From contig JAOZFN010000002.1 of NCBI GenBank assembly GCA_027492205.1, forward strand, positions 45,834 through 102,959: DNA of 57,126 bases. Reading direction: 5' to 3'. This document shows, one piece after another, positions 40,516-50,272 of the stretch (within the stretch, counting starts at the first letter, position 1; each line of letters starts with the position of its first letter). This stretch comes from Thermoproteota archaeon (lineage in GTDB: Archaea; Korarchaeota; Korarchaeia; Korarchaeales; Korarchaeaceae). The translations under genes were made by a program, and so were the position numbers. The notes under the pieces are model-generated. The model did no database searches. It was not told the origin of the DNA and saw only the letters and a list, made by a program, of their open reading frames with translations.

Positions 40516-41911
40516 GCCCTCTGAGAGGTTCAGGCTGCTGGTAGAGGGGGCGGCGAGCGGCCCGGCCCCGGCCCTGCGGGGGGCCAGGGGGCCGGCCAGA
40601 CTGCTCTCCCACATCGACGCCGACGGCATCAGCTCGGCGTCCGTCCTGGCCTGGCTGCTCTTGGAGCTCGGGATACCCTTCCACGCCTCCTTCGTCAAGA
40701 GGTTCCCTGAGAACCCGGCCAAGGAGCTCGGGGAGTCCTACGAGCTCCTCATAGTGTCCGACATGGGCTCGGGGTACAGGGAGCGCCTCTCCGGCGCGGC
40801 CTCGCGGGCCAGGGTCGTCGTGGTCGACCACCACGAGCCCGTCGGCGAGACCCCGGAGGGCGTGGAGGAACTGAATCCGCACGATCTGGGGATCGACGGC
40901 GGGCAGGAGGTTTCGGCCGCGGGCGTGGCGTACGCCCTCCTCCGGGCGACGCTCCCCGAGGGGCCCCGCCCGGCGCATCTCGCCCTGCTGGGGGCCATAG
41001 GGGATGTGCAATCGAGGAACGGCTTTACCGGGGTGAACCGAGAGATACTGAGGCAGGCGAAGGAGATGGGCCTCGTTGAGGCCCGCACGGAGATCAGGCT
41101 CTTCGGGGGACCGGAGTACCCCCTCCTCCTGGCCCTGGAGAGGACGGTCGACCCGCCGATACCCGGCGTGTCCGGGAGTTCCTCCGGCGCCCTCGAGATG
41201 CTCGAGAGCCTGGGCATCCCCCCGAAGACGGGAGATCGCATGACTACGCTCTCAGACCTGACGGAGGAGCAGAGGCGCGCCCTGCTGAGCGAGATCGTGA
41301 AGAGGCTCGCGGCAAGGGGCCAGGGGGCATCGCCAGACCAGCTCCTCGGGACGGTCTACACCCTCCTCACCGAGCCCCCGGGCTCGCCGCTGAGGGACCT
41401 CGGCACCTTCGCCACCGTGCTGAACGCGTGCGGAAGGATGGGCCGCGCGGACGTGGGCCTCGCCCTCGGCCTGGGCAGGAGGGGTCGCGCCCTTGAGGCG
41501 GCCAATCGGGTGCTCTTCGAGTACAGGAGAGAGCTGGCTCAGTTCCTTGACGTGCTGAGCGAAGTTCAGCGGGTCGAGGGTGGAATGCTATTCGTCGATG
41601 GAAGGGGGAGGCTGAGGGACACGCTCACGAGCCCGGTGGCCTCTATAGCGGCGAGGTCCCCGCCGGAGGAGGGGCTGCTGCTGGTGGCCGTCGCGGCGGA
41701 GGAGTCAGAGGACCCCGGCCGCGTCAAGCTCTCCCTGAGGCTCACTCGGGAGGGCAGGGAGTCTGGCCTGGACGCCGGAGAACTCGCCTCGAGGGCGGCC
41801 GCAGAACTGGGAGGGGAGGGGGGCGGCCACTCGGCCGCGGCGGGCCTCTCGATCCCCGCATCGGAACTCCAGAGGCTCACGGCGCTGCTCGCCGAGTCGA
41901 CGAGGCGGTGA
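40505..41911 (+). CDS. RecJ-like DHH phosphoesterase (GAN-type)
   Basis: [23 protein letters not shown]; follows rps15. Confidence 0.9.
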   Translation: MQAEPSERFRLLVEGAASGPAPALRGARGPARLLSHIDADGISSASVLAWLLLELGIPFHASFVKRFPENPAKELGESYELLIVSDMGSGYRERLSGAASRARVVVVDHHEPVGETPEGVEELNPHDLGIDGGQEVSAAGVAYALLRATLPEGPRPAHLALLGAIGDVQSRNGFTGVNREILRQAKEMGLVEARTEIRLFGGPEYPLLLALERTVDPPIPGVSGSSSGALEMLESLGIPPKTGDRMTTLSDLTEEQRRALLSEIVKRLAARGQGASPDQLLGTVYTLLTEPPGSPLRDLGTFATVLNACGRMGRADVGLALGLGRRGRALEAANRVLFEYRRELAQFLDVLSEVQRVEGGMLFVDGRGRLRDTLTSPVASIAARSPPEEGLLLVAVAAEESEDPGRVKLSLRLTREGRESGLDAGELASRAAAELGGEGGGHSAAAGLSIPASELQRLTALLAESTRR

Positions 41912-41941
41912 GCCGGAGCCCTGATCTGGCTCGTAACCGGA

Positions 41942-42286
41942 TCAGGAGCCAGCTCCACTGGAACTGAGCCCTTCTATCAGCTGCCTGAGTTCCGTCCGGA
42001 CCTCTCGCTCCTCCTCTTGGTACTTCTTCAGGATGGACTCGGTGGCCTCCACGTTGAGCTTGAGTTCCTCGAGGGCCTCATCCCTCCTCCTGGGGACCAT
42101 GATGTGCCCGGCCCTCTCGTACACGGTCTCGACGTTCTCGAGCTTCTCGAGCCTCTGGAGTGCCTGCTTCATGGACTGGAGGGACGCCGCGAGGGTCGCT
42201 ATCTGGTTCCTGAGGAGCTCCAGCCTCTCCAGGAGTTGCCTGTACCTCGCCTCCGCGTACCCGGTCTCCTCCCTGGACTCCGACAA
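41942..42286 (-). CDS. pfdB: Prefoldin beta subunit
   Basis: Coiled coil-VYERAGHIMV-coiled coil; TTG after AGGTGA. Confidence 0.8.
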   Translation of the reverse strand: MSESREETGYAEARYRQLLERLELLRNQIATLAASLQSMKQALQRLEKLENVETVYERAGHIMVPRRRDEALEELKLNVEATESILKKYQEEEREVRTELRQLIEGLSSSGAGS

Positions 42287-42353
42287 GCGGTTCACCTGGC
42301 GGCCGACTCCCCCACAGTCTAAAACGTTGGCGCCGCGCCCGCCGGTCGGTCTG

Positions 42354-42850
42354 TCACCTGTCGAGCTCCACCCTGGCCGAGGCCTCCATCGCCAGCGCCT
42401 CGAGCGAGCCCGTGCAGGTTCCCCCCGAGATGGACCCGGCCCCGAGGGCCTCCAAGACCTCACCTGCGTCTGGATAGTCCATGCGGATGGCTCTGGCCGA
42501 GTAGACGCGCTCCAAGACCCCGCGAGGATCTTGGGACACGCAGACGAGCGTGCAGCGGTCTCCCTCTGGCCTGGCCAGGCTGATGGCGCGGGAGACTTGC
42601 CTCGTACCCGTGAGACAGACGAGGAACTCGGTCCTCGGGGTCTTCCCGATCGCCGAGCCCGCTCCGAAGGATCTGAGGGCCCTTCTGACGGCCATGGCCG
42701 CGTGCCTCGCTGACGCGACGAGCCTCCAGTTGACCGCCACCGCCAGCTCCGCCCCCGCATCCAGCGCCAGGCGCTCGAGCCGAGAGGGGTCCCCCTCGCC
42801 AAGCTCGAGCGGCATCACTAGGACGCTCCGCCCCTCCTCTAATTGAACAA
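42354..42850 (-). CDS. cgi121: KEOPS subunit Cgi121
   Basis: VASARHA, EFLVCLTGTRQVSRAI; start approximate. Confidence 0.8.
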
Positions 42851-43329
42851 TGTCGGAGTACGTACCTCTACTGCCCCCCCTCCTTGACCCCCGGGGGCCG
42901 TCAGACGGATCTAAAAAACAGGTCGTCACCGCTTCCCTCGGCGTCTAGGGCCTGAGGGTGGTCAAACAAAAATGGCCCGTCACGCGTGGATTCTCGCCGC
43001 TCTTGGTTTTGTCCTAGGGTATACCGTCGAGAAGATCGTGAAGGCTACAACATGGGGAGGATGGGGTCCTTGATGCGGAATCCGACTCTGGGGGCTGGGT
43101 GGATGTTCCGACGGACCCCCCGATCTCCAGCGCGCTGCCGCCTGGACCCTGTCCTAATCTAATTGGCCCCGACCCGAGCCTCAAGGGGGGTCAGGGTGGG
43201 TCATGGCCTCAATGCAAGACAGATTTGCCACGCCTACGCGGACTTTCTCAAAGTGTAAAGTCCGTGGAGGCGATTGCGGAAGATGAACCGCGAGGCACAG
43301 TCAACTAGGGGCGAGGAGACTCCAACTGA

Positions 43330-43920
43330 TCAAAGGAGGCTGGCTCTTCTCAGGGCTTCCTCTATCCTGGAGAGCCTCTTCTCGATCTCCCCAAATCTCG
43401 CCTCCATGTACTTCCTAAGGTCCAATCTTAGGAGCCTTATCTCCTCTCTAGTCTTCTTTCCCTCGTCTCTAATGGCCTCTAGGATCTTCTCCCCCAGCTC
43501 GACGCTCCTGGCGCTCAGCTCGACGCTCTTCTCCCCCAGCTCGACGCTCCTGGCGCTCAGCTCGACGCTCTTCTCCCCCAGCTCGACGCTCCTGTAGAGC
43601 AGCCTCGCCGCGACGTCCAGCCTCTCAAACAGCTCCTCCTGCCACTCGCCCCTCCTGATCTCAAAATAGCTGAACTCCCCGGTGGCGGGCCCCCACTCCA
43701 CCTCGATGTCCTCAACGAATATCGGGTACCTCCTGATCTTTATCATCTCTAGAAACTCTCTGAGCTTCTCCTCCTCACCCTCGGCCACTATTCTCACGTC
43801 GTAGGGCTTGAGATTCTCCACGTAGCCCGTTATCCCCAACTTCCTAGCTATCCTCTGAACCTCGTCCCTGTAGCCCACGCGCTGGACCTCTCCCCTGACG
43901 GTGGCCGTTACCCGCTTCAC
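43330..43920 (-). CDS. Acylphosphatase-domain protein with C-terminal coiled coil
   Basis: GEVQRVGYR...GYVENL; heptad tail. Confidence 0.88.
   Translation of the reverse strand: MKRVTATVRGEVQRVGYRDEVQRIARKLGITGYVENLKPYDVRIVAEGEEEKLREFLEMIKIRRYPIFVEDIEVEWGPATGEFSYFEIRRGEWQEELFERLDVAARLLYRSVELGEKSVELSARSVELGEKSVELSARSVELGEKILEAIRDEGKKTREEIRLLRLDLRKYMEARFGEIEKRLSRIEEALRRASLL
43485..43594. repeat. 42-bp perfect tandem repeat x2.6 (RSVELGEKSVELSA)
   Basis: Unit TCTTCTCCCCCAGCTCGACGCTCCTGGCGCTCAGCTCGACGC. Confidence 0.95.
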
Positions 43921-44079
43921 AAGAGATCATGCCGAGCGAGTCGTCAAAAAGGTTTGTCGAGGCTAAGCCTCGCGACTAACGCCAATAGCCGTCGGCAGGC
44001 TTGGGTTTTTAGGCCGCGTGGGCTGAGCCATTCATGAAAAAGCTTACATCTATATGATTATAGTAGGAAGAAAATATCC

Positions 44080-44202
44080 GTGCTGACGCTTCTCGTCAAG
44101 AACGTGCCCGAGGATTTGATGAGAGTGTTCAGGCGGTTCATGGCGGAGCTCGGCTGCAGAACCTGGGTCGGGCGTCGCGCGCCACCTCCAGAGTCTTCCT
44201 AG
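44080..44202 (+). pseudogene. RHH antitoxin remnant
   Basis: TLLVKNVPEDLMRVFRRF..ELGCRTW. Confidence 0.5.
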
Positions 44203-44670
44203 CGTAATCACCACTCAGAGAGTAGAGGGAGAGGGCATGGGCCTCCAGGGCCTCCCGAACCTGGGCCATCTCATCCTCCGTGAACAGCCCCCTCGTAGCG
44301 CAAGGCGTTGAGCACCTCGAACGTGATGAGCTCCGGAGCGATTATCTCGATCTTCCCATCGATGTACCTGTCCCTCAACCTCAGCGCCCTCTCGGAGCCC
44401 TCCTCCTCAACTAACCACTTCACCACGACGCTCGCGTCAACGACCGCCTCCATACCTCTCATCCCTGAACTTCCTGACTATCTCCTCGGCCCTCGCCTCT
44501 CCCCTGCCCTTCTTCCTCAACCTCTCATTGAGCAGGACGGCCCTCGCGAGATTCTTCCTCCTCTCCTCAGCGATCTTGCCCCCTTATGGCGTTCCTGATG
44601 AACTCGCTCCAGCCTATCCTGATCCGCTCCATTATCCTCTTGGTCTCCTCGTCGATCCTTAACAGTACAG
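44180..44670 (-). pseudogene. Degraded vapBC pair; both genes have +1 G in G5 runs, PIN truncated
   Basis: LRIDEETKR...WSEFIRNAI / VVDASVVVKW...EVLNAL. Confidence 0.75.
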
Positions 44671-44807
44671 TAACTACCGTACATACATCGTTCACTCGCG
44701 ATGCCTCCGATATAAGCCCGTGCGCCGTGGAGAACGCCGTGCGGGACGGGCTCTCCAAACGACCAGCCCCGAGCTTCATCGCGCGCACGAGATGCGGGCC
44801 CCCGCGC

Positions 44808-45248
44808 TCATCGACCGGAGGTCCCGAGGGATCGAGCGAGGTCCCTGGGGTCCACTCTCCTCAGGCCAGGCACGGAGTCGTACGCCGCGTCTGTGGATAC
44901 GACCGTCCTGTCGGGGTCCATGAGGAGGGCCGTTGCCGCGTAGTAGGCGTCGAAGATGGAGCTCAGCCCGTACTCCACCATCAGCGTGAGGGCCGTCAGG
45001 GAGACCTCCGCCGTGGACGGGAGCCACTCTATCCCCCCAATCATGAGGAGAGATGCGATCTTGGCGAGGAGGGTCTCAAGATCGATCCCCAGCTTCACTC
45101 CCAGGTAGTACAACTCGCGGAGGGACTCGCTGCTGGCGCACAGGCTCAGCTCGCCGGACTCGGCCGCCTCAAGTATCGCCTCCGACGGGCGCTTGAGCCA
45201 GTCGCTCTCCTTGACGTGCGCCACCAGCACGTCAGTCTCTATGAGCAC
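44808..45248 (-). CDS. vapC: PIN toxin
   Basis: LIETDV...FDAYYAATAL...STDAAYD. Confidence 0.9.
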   Translation of the reverse strand: MLIETDVLVAHVKESDWLKRPSEAILEAAESGELSLCASSESLRELYYLGVKLGIDLETLLAKIASLLMIGGIEWLPSTAEVSLTALTLMVEYGLSSIFDAYYAATALLMDPDRTVVSTDAAYDSVPGLRRVDPRDLARSLGTSGR

Positions 45249-45495
45249 GCTCCCCCCTCCTGGCCATCTTCTCTCCCAACTCCTCGAGAGCCCTGGCCTG
45301 GGCCAGCCTCCTCAGCTCCCCCCTCCCGAACCTGGTCTTCAACCAGGACGAGCTGGCCTCCCTCGGCCTCGGGGGTACGGGAATGAGGACGATCCTCCTG
45401 CCGGCAGGTATAACGATGACGCTCTCTCCCGGCCTCACGAGCCCCTTTGGGAGCTTCACTCTCTCCCTGTCATCCACCCTGACCACGTACGCCAA
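45232..45495 (-). CDS. vapB: AbrB-like antitoxin
   Basis: VRVDDRERVKLPK; overlaps vapC. Confidence 0.8.
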   Translation of the reverse strand: MAYVVRVDDRERVKLPKGLVRPGESVIVIPAGRRIVLIPVPPRPREASSSWLKTRFGRGELRRLAQARALEELGEKMARRGERAHRD

Positions 45496-45801
45496 CTTAT
45501 CCCCAGATATGTTAATTCGTCCCCAATGATATAACTGCTTCCCCCAACGGAGGTGGGCGGGTCAGCCGATCCGCCCCTCATGGCGGGATGCTACCACTGG
45601 ACGTGTAGTCTTGTGACCTCTGTCGGCATCTTGACGTCTTCGGGGAGCTGGAGGGCTACGGGGACGGGAAGAGGTGGGAGGAGGCGCTGGAGGAGTGCAG
45701 GAGGAGGGGACTGCTATAGCCGAACCCGGGCTTGGCATTGGTCCACTGACGAACGATCCCGCACAGCGCTTCTCCCTCAGGCCGAGGGGTCTACACCCGC
45801 G

Positions 45802-45948
45802 TTACCCCTCCCCGACCCTCTTGGCGAGCTCTATCAGCCTCCTTATGATGTCGTCGTAGGTCTCCCCCTTCTTCCCGAGTTCCTTCAACATCTCCCTCGT
45901 CTCCTTCGATATCTGGATCGTGGTCAGCTCCCTCCTGGGCTTGGGCAT
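45802..45948 (-). CDS. Small RHH protein, 48 aa
   Basis: MPKPRRELTTIQISKETREMLKELGKKGETYDDIIRRLI; not in the ORF track. Confidence 0.8.
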   Translation of the reverse strand: MPKPRRELTTIQISKETREMLKELGKKGETYDDIIRRLIELAKRVGEG

Positions 45949-46049
45949 CTTCGCTATTTGATGGACATGTGTTTTAAATCTAATTATGTGAAACTTTTAT
46001 TTTCAAATAATGCTTATATTAAACTGTCGTCTCCCTATAGACGAGGCCC

Positions 46050-47111
46050 ATGTCGACGGAGCGGCCTGGGAGCGCCAGACAGACCCCCGGAGGCAGGCGC
46101 ATTCCCCACGACCTCAGAATCGAACTCTACCTCCTCGTCAGAGAACTCCACGAGAGCGGAGTCAGCTACAGAAAGATCCAGAGGGTCATAGAGAACGAGT
46201 ACGGCGTGAAGATAAGCAGGTCCAACATATCGTACTGGGTTCGCGGGCTGCATTCTCCCCTGAAAGAGCCCTACAACAGGCCGAACCTCCGCGCAAAGGA
46301 GCTGTCTTGGATAGCCGGAATGCTCGCCGGAGACGGCTCCATAAAGGTCAACAGGAAGGGCCGGTTCCTGACGCTGAAGGTCAGGGACAGGGAGCTGGCG
46401 GAAGTCGCCGCGAGGAGGCTGGCCGTCGTGATGGGCAGGGACAGGCCCTACGCGGTCAACAGGCTTGGGGACGGGAGGTACTACGTTCAGGTCCAGTCCA
46501 GGGAGCTCGTGGACCACCTGAGTGTGAGGGAGAACGTCCTCCTACACCTGGAGAGGAACCCCAGGGAGTTCATTCAAGCGTTCTTCGACTGCGATGGAGG
46601 TGTCACAGGCGCCATTCTCAGTTCTGGCAGATTCTCCTACGGTTTGTTCGCGATAAACACAGATAAGGGTCTTCTCACAAGCGTTTCGCGGGAGCTACTC
46701 AAACTGGGGGTACGCGGCAGATTATACCTGCAGCACCATGCTGGTAAGAGTGTAGTCACCAGCAAGGGGGTCGCCAGGGCCTCGAGGGATTGCTTTGCAT
46801 TGCGCGTTAAAGATGTAGCGAGTATTTTGAGATATTCGAAGGAGGTTGGATTCGACGTGCCTAGAAAGCAGGAGAAGCTGAGAGACCTTGTTTACGTACT
46901 AACCACATACGGAACGGGGATCCGGGCCTCAGTTGAGTGGATTCGGCGGTATGAGTATGTTGAAGGCTCCGGACGCGAGAGGTGGTTCCGCAGAGATAGG
47001 ATGTTAGATTTGGAATCTGCGGTGGACGAACTCCACGCTCACTTGAGGAGGTTCGCTGATAGGATAAGGTCAAAAAATTCATCAAATTTCACATTTTCGT
47101 TAAAAATTTAA
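46050..47111 (+). CDS. Free-standing HTH + double-motif LAGLIDADG homing endonuclease
   Basis: WIAGMLAGDGS and FIQAFFDCDGG; N-terminal HTH (SYRKIQR...ISRSNISYW); no intein or intron context. Confidence 0.88.
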   Translation: MSTERPGSARQTPGGRRIPHDLRIELYLLVRELHESGVSYRKIQRVIENEYGVKISRSNISYWVRGLHSPLKEPYNRPNLRAKELSWIAGMLAGDGSIKVNRKGRFLTLKVRDRELAEVAARRLAVVMGRDRPYAVNRLGDGRYYVQVQSRELVDHLSVRENVLLHLERNPREFIQAFFDCDGGVTGAILSSGRFSYGLFAINTDKGLLTSVSRELLKLGVRGRLYLQHHAGKSVVTSKGVARASRDCFALRVKDVASILRYSKEVGFDVPRKQEKLRDLVYVLTTYGTGIRASVEWIRRYEYVEGSGRERWFRRDRMLDLESAVDELHAHLRRFADRIRSKNSSNFTFSLKI

Positions 47112-47116
47112 ATAGA

Positions 47117-47191
47117 TAGCGGGGGGTGGATTTGAACCACCGACCTCCGGGTTATGAGCCCGGCGGGCTGACCAGGCTGCCCCACCCCGCT
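47117..47191 (-). tRNA. Initiator tRNA-Met(CAT), CCA not encoded
   Basis: A1-U72, GGG/CCC anticodon-stem pairs, CTCATAA loop. Confidence 0.96.
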
Positions 47192-47303
47192 GCCTCGCCC
47201 CGCCAGTCAGACTTTTCTGCCGAGCCGGTATATAAACTTCAGGTGGTCCGCGCGAGCGCCTCGCCGCCCCGCCTCCCCCGCCGGGGGAGGTCCCTAACCC
47301 TCC

Positions 47304-47711
47304 TCACGGGTCCCTCTGTCGAGATCCCGCCTGAGTTCCTCGACGCCCGCCGGGACCTTTGGCAAGACTCCCTTGGAGTCGAGGTGAGCTCTGCAGATCC
47401 CGTACTCGTGTTTGGGGTTGCTCCCCCCGCCCCTTCCTCCCCCACGACTTCACGAACCTCTCCTCTGGGATGCCCAGCCGCCCGCTCCACCGTCTCCTGG
47501 CCTCCTCCCCGTCGGTGCCCTCCGGCGGGTGGAGTCTCGCCTTTGGCCCGTCTGGGCTGACTTCGCAGTGCGCCTCTGGCCACCTGATGAAGGCCCTTAT
47601 CATCACAGGATTGGGGGAGGTCAGGGCCACCCTGCATCTCCCGCTCGTGTACCTGTCGCCCCTCGCACCAGTGCGGAATAGACCTTCCCTCTCACTCGGC
47701 ACGGCGGCCAC
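47304..47711 (-). pseudogene. Degraded LAGLIDADG-like remnant
   Basis: VALTSPNPVMIRAFIRW...ARLH...RRWSGRLGIPEERF resembles single-motif LAGLIDADG-like proteins. Confidence 0.4.
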
Positions 47712-48134
47712 CCCTGGTGACTGACGTCGACGCGTGGAGGGAGCTGAGGGACCTAGTCCTGGACCTGTCGCTCAGGTACGACGCGCCCGTGAGGCGACCT
47801 TCATGACGCTCGACGACCTCCTGGTCAACCTGGCCGCCGGGACCCCCCTCATCCTGGGGGCCTAGAGGGGCTACGAGATCCTGCTGGATAGGGCGGGGCT
47901 GGAGAGCATCCTGTCCGTCCAGGGGAGGAGGTGCTGAGGGAGTGGAGGTACGACGAGGTGGCCTGGGCTTGGGTGAGGTCAGGTGTAGGGAGGCGCTCGC
48001 CCACCTAGAGGCCGCCAGGGGCCAGCTGGAGGATGCGGAGCTGGCGAGGGAGGTCCTGAAACTCTGCGAGAGGGGATTGTCCCTCTCCGATCCAGGAGGC
48101 GGTGAATTCTGACCGCCTCCGTGGATGTGGGCCA

Positions 48135-48539
48135 TCACAGCGTCCTGGGATCTACCCTGACGAGCCCCGGAATCCTGTCGTATGCCTCGTCGAACGACAG
48201 GATCTTCCCGTCCAGGCCCAGGGCCTCGGCCGCGTAGTGGGAGTCGAAGAAGGAGAGGCCGAACCTCCGCCTCAGGTACACGCTGGTGACCACAACCTCC
48301 GGTGTGAGGGGGACGTACCTCACGTTCGGGAGGGCCAGCAGGGCTGCCAGGTCGTGTAGGAGCCTCTCCTCCCTCCCCTGAGATCTGTAGATGAGTTCCA
48401 TCTCGATCAGCCCCACGCTGGACAGGTCCACGCCGAGTTCTCCGGCCCTGATCTTCTCGAAAATCCCGCGGGCGACCTCGTGGTTCTTATCCCTCTCGTT
48501 CATGTAGGCGAATATGACGTCGTTCTCCATGAGAACCAA
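48135..48539 (-). CDS. vapC: PIN toxin
   Basis: LMENDV...FFDSHYAA...SFDEAYD. Confidence 0.9.
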   Translation of the reverse strand: MVLMENDVIFAYMNERDKNHEVARGIFEKIRAGELGVDLSSVGLIEMELIYRSQGREERLLHDLAALLALPNVRYVPLTPEVVVTSVYLRRRFGLSFFDSHYAAEALGLDGKILSFDEAYDRIPGLVRVDPRTL

Positions 48540-48542
48540 GGC

Positions 48543-48779
48543 TCAGCCCCCCAGGGCTTCCTCCTCCGCCAGAGCCTCGGCCTCCCTCCTGAGTTCGCTG
48601 AACGGCTTCTCCACGCTGAATGCTCCCTCGAGCGCCTCGAACGGGTCCTCGGGGAGCGGGATTATTTTGACGTGGTCCCCGGCGTTTATGATTAGGACCT
48701 TCCTTCCAATCTTCAGCGAAGTTCTGATTCTCTTCGGGATGGTTATCCTACCCTTGTCGTCGAGCTCGACTACGCTCAT
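48543..48779 (-). CDS. vapB: AbrB/MazE antitoxin
   Basis: VELDDKGRITIPKRIR. Confidence 0.9.
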   Translation of the reverse strand: MSVVELDDKGRITIPKRIRTSLKIGRKVLIINAGDHVKIIPLPEDPFEALEGAFSVEKPFSELRREAEALAEEEALGG

Positions 48780-49046
48780 CCCCCTCCCCGGCCTCCTGAT
48801 GCTTGGTGGGAAATATAAAAGGATAACACAATATAGTGGGACTGATTGGCTCAATAAGTAGGTATCTTCCCACTAGGGGTCGCGGGGCGAGGACCGCGCC
48901 TCTTTGTCAATGCCGAATCGAGCGCGCAGGAACATGCGCCTTCCATCCTCTACTCGTGTGCCTGGGCTTGAATCGACGGTTCTGACTGAGGGAGGTTCTT
49001 GAGGCTTGCGGGGATTGCTCTCCGGCCGGCGCATCACGCGTCGCTC

Positions 49047-49553
49047 TCACGCGGAAATCTGCGTAGGTTCGCTTGTTCTCGGTTCACCTCCCCTCGAAGG
49101 CCCCATCCTTAAGGGCGATCTGCGTCTGTCGAGTCGAGAGAACGCCTCCAGCGCAAACCCCGCGCACGCCGTTGCGAGCGCCAACTTTGAGGTGAGGGTT
49201 CTCCTGGTCTCGATCGGGCCGACCCACGCCTTCACCTCGCAGACCGCGCGCTCGCTCGCCCCGAACTCCACCGCGTATACCGAGCTCTCAGGAATGTCCA
49301 GGGTCAGGGTGCCCCCCGTAGCGGCGCCTGCAGAGGCCACCGTTCGGTTCGTGAGGGCGGAGTAAACCCTGACCGCAACCGGGCACTCCGCCCTCACGTT
49401 CAAGACGTACCGGCCGGCCCTCAGGGTCAGGAGCTCCACGGCCGGGTCCTCTGACACCGTCAGCTCCACGGAGGTCCCCGACCAGCTTGCACCCACTAGG
49501 GTGCCCAGGTACACGACCAGCCCCAGCGTGAGGATCGCCGCGCCTGCCCTCAT
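49047..49553 (-). CDS. Membrane protein in ABC operon
   Basis: TM-beta domain-TM. Confidence 0.7.
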   Translation of the reverse strand: MRAGAAILTLGLVVYLGTLVGASWSGTSVELTVSEDPAVELLTLRAGRYVLNVRAECPVAVRVYSALTNRTVASAGAATGGTLTLDIPESSVYAVEFGASERAVCEVKAWVGPIETRRTLTSKLALATACAGFALEAFSRLDRRRSPLRMGPSRGGEPRTSEPTQISA

Positions 49554-49555
49554 GG

Positions 49556-50272
49556 TCAGTCGACCTCCAACCTACTCAACACAATTTCCAGCAGACCCAG
49601 GCACGCGAGGGTGATGGAGAGCGAGGAGAGGATCGCCGGCAGGGGAGAGCCGACGGCGAGGGCCTCGGGATAAGCCCAGGGCAGGGCGTACCTGACGCGG
49701 CCCTCCGGCTCGAGCCTGGCAAGGACTATCCAAGGGGCCGCCGAGAAGGCCATGGCCGCTACGAAGTTCCTCTTCAGCGACGCCGATGCGAGAAGGGACC
49801 ACGCGACCGCTGGAAGGGCTTGAAGGGTTATGGAAGCGATTATCACCCACAGGGGAACCCATGAGAGGTCCTCCTCAACGAGGGACGCCGTCCAGAGCGC
49901 CGCGGAGTACGCGGCCGGGGCGACCGCTACGGCCAGCGCCGAGAGGAGCTTGGAGTAGAAGTACGACCTCCTGGAGACGGGATAGGAAAGGAGAGTTTGC
50001 GCCATTCCACTGTTGAAATCGGAGAAGGTGGAGTACGACACGTAGCCGGCGATGGTCAGGCAGAGGACGAGGTAGAGGCGGCTGACGGCCCCGGCGGCCA
50101 TCATGTTGACTAGCCCGCGGGCGAGTTCCGTGATGGGGGCGCCTCCCACGCCTTCCATCGACCCGACCACCGGGGTGAGCCAGGGCTGAGCCGAGACGAA
50201 TGCGACGATGGCCCCCAACGCCGGAGAGCCCAGCTTGCTCAGTTCGATCTCAACGAGGTGGATCAGCCTCAT
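49556..50272 (-). CDS. ABC-2 type permease
   Basis: SGMAQTLLSYPVSRRSYFYSKL; multiple TMs. Confidence 0.85.
   Translation of the reverse strand: MRLIHLVEIELSKLGSPALGAIVAFVSAQPWLTPVVGSMEGVGGAPITELARGLVNMMAAGAVSRLYLVLCLTIAGYVSYSTFSDFNSGMAQTLLSYPVSRRSYFYSKLLSALAVAVAPAAYSAALWTASLVEEDLSWVPLWVIIASITLQALPAVAWSLLASASLKRNFVAAMAFSAAPWIVLARLEPEGRVRYALPWAYPEALAVGSPLPAILSSLSITLACLGLLEIVLSRLEVD

Noticed and set aside
43063-43119. Hairpin GGGGTCC...GGACCCC with TGATG/CCGA, possible C/D or H/ACA guide RNA
   Set aside because: Boxes are degenerate and no target was identified
43485-43594. CRISPR-like array
   Set aside because: No spacers; in-frame coding repeat; no cas genes
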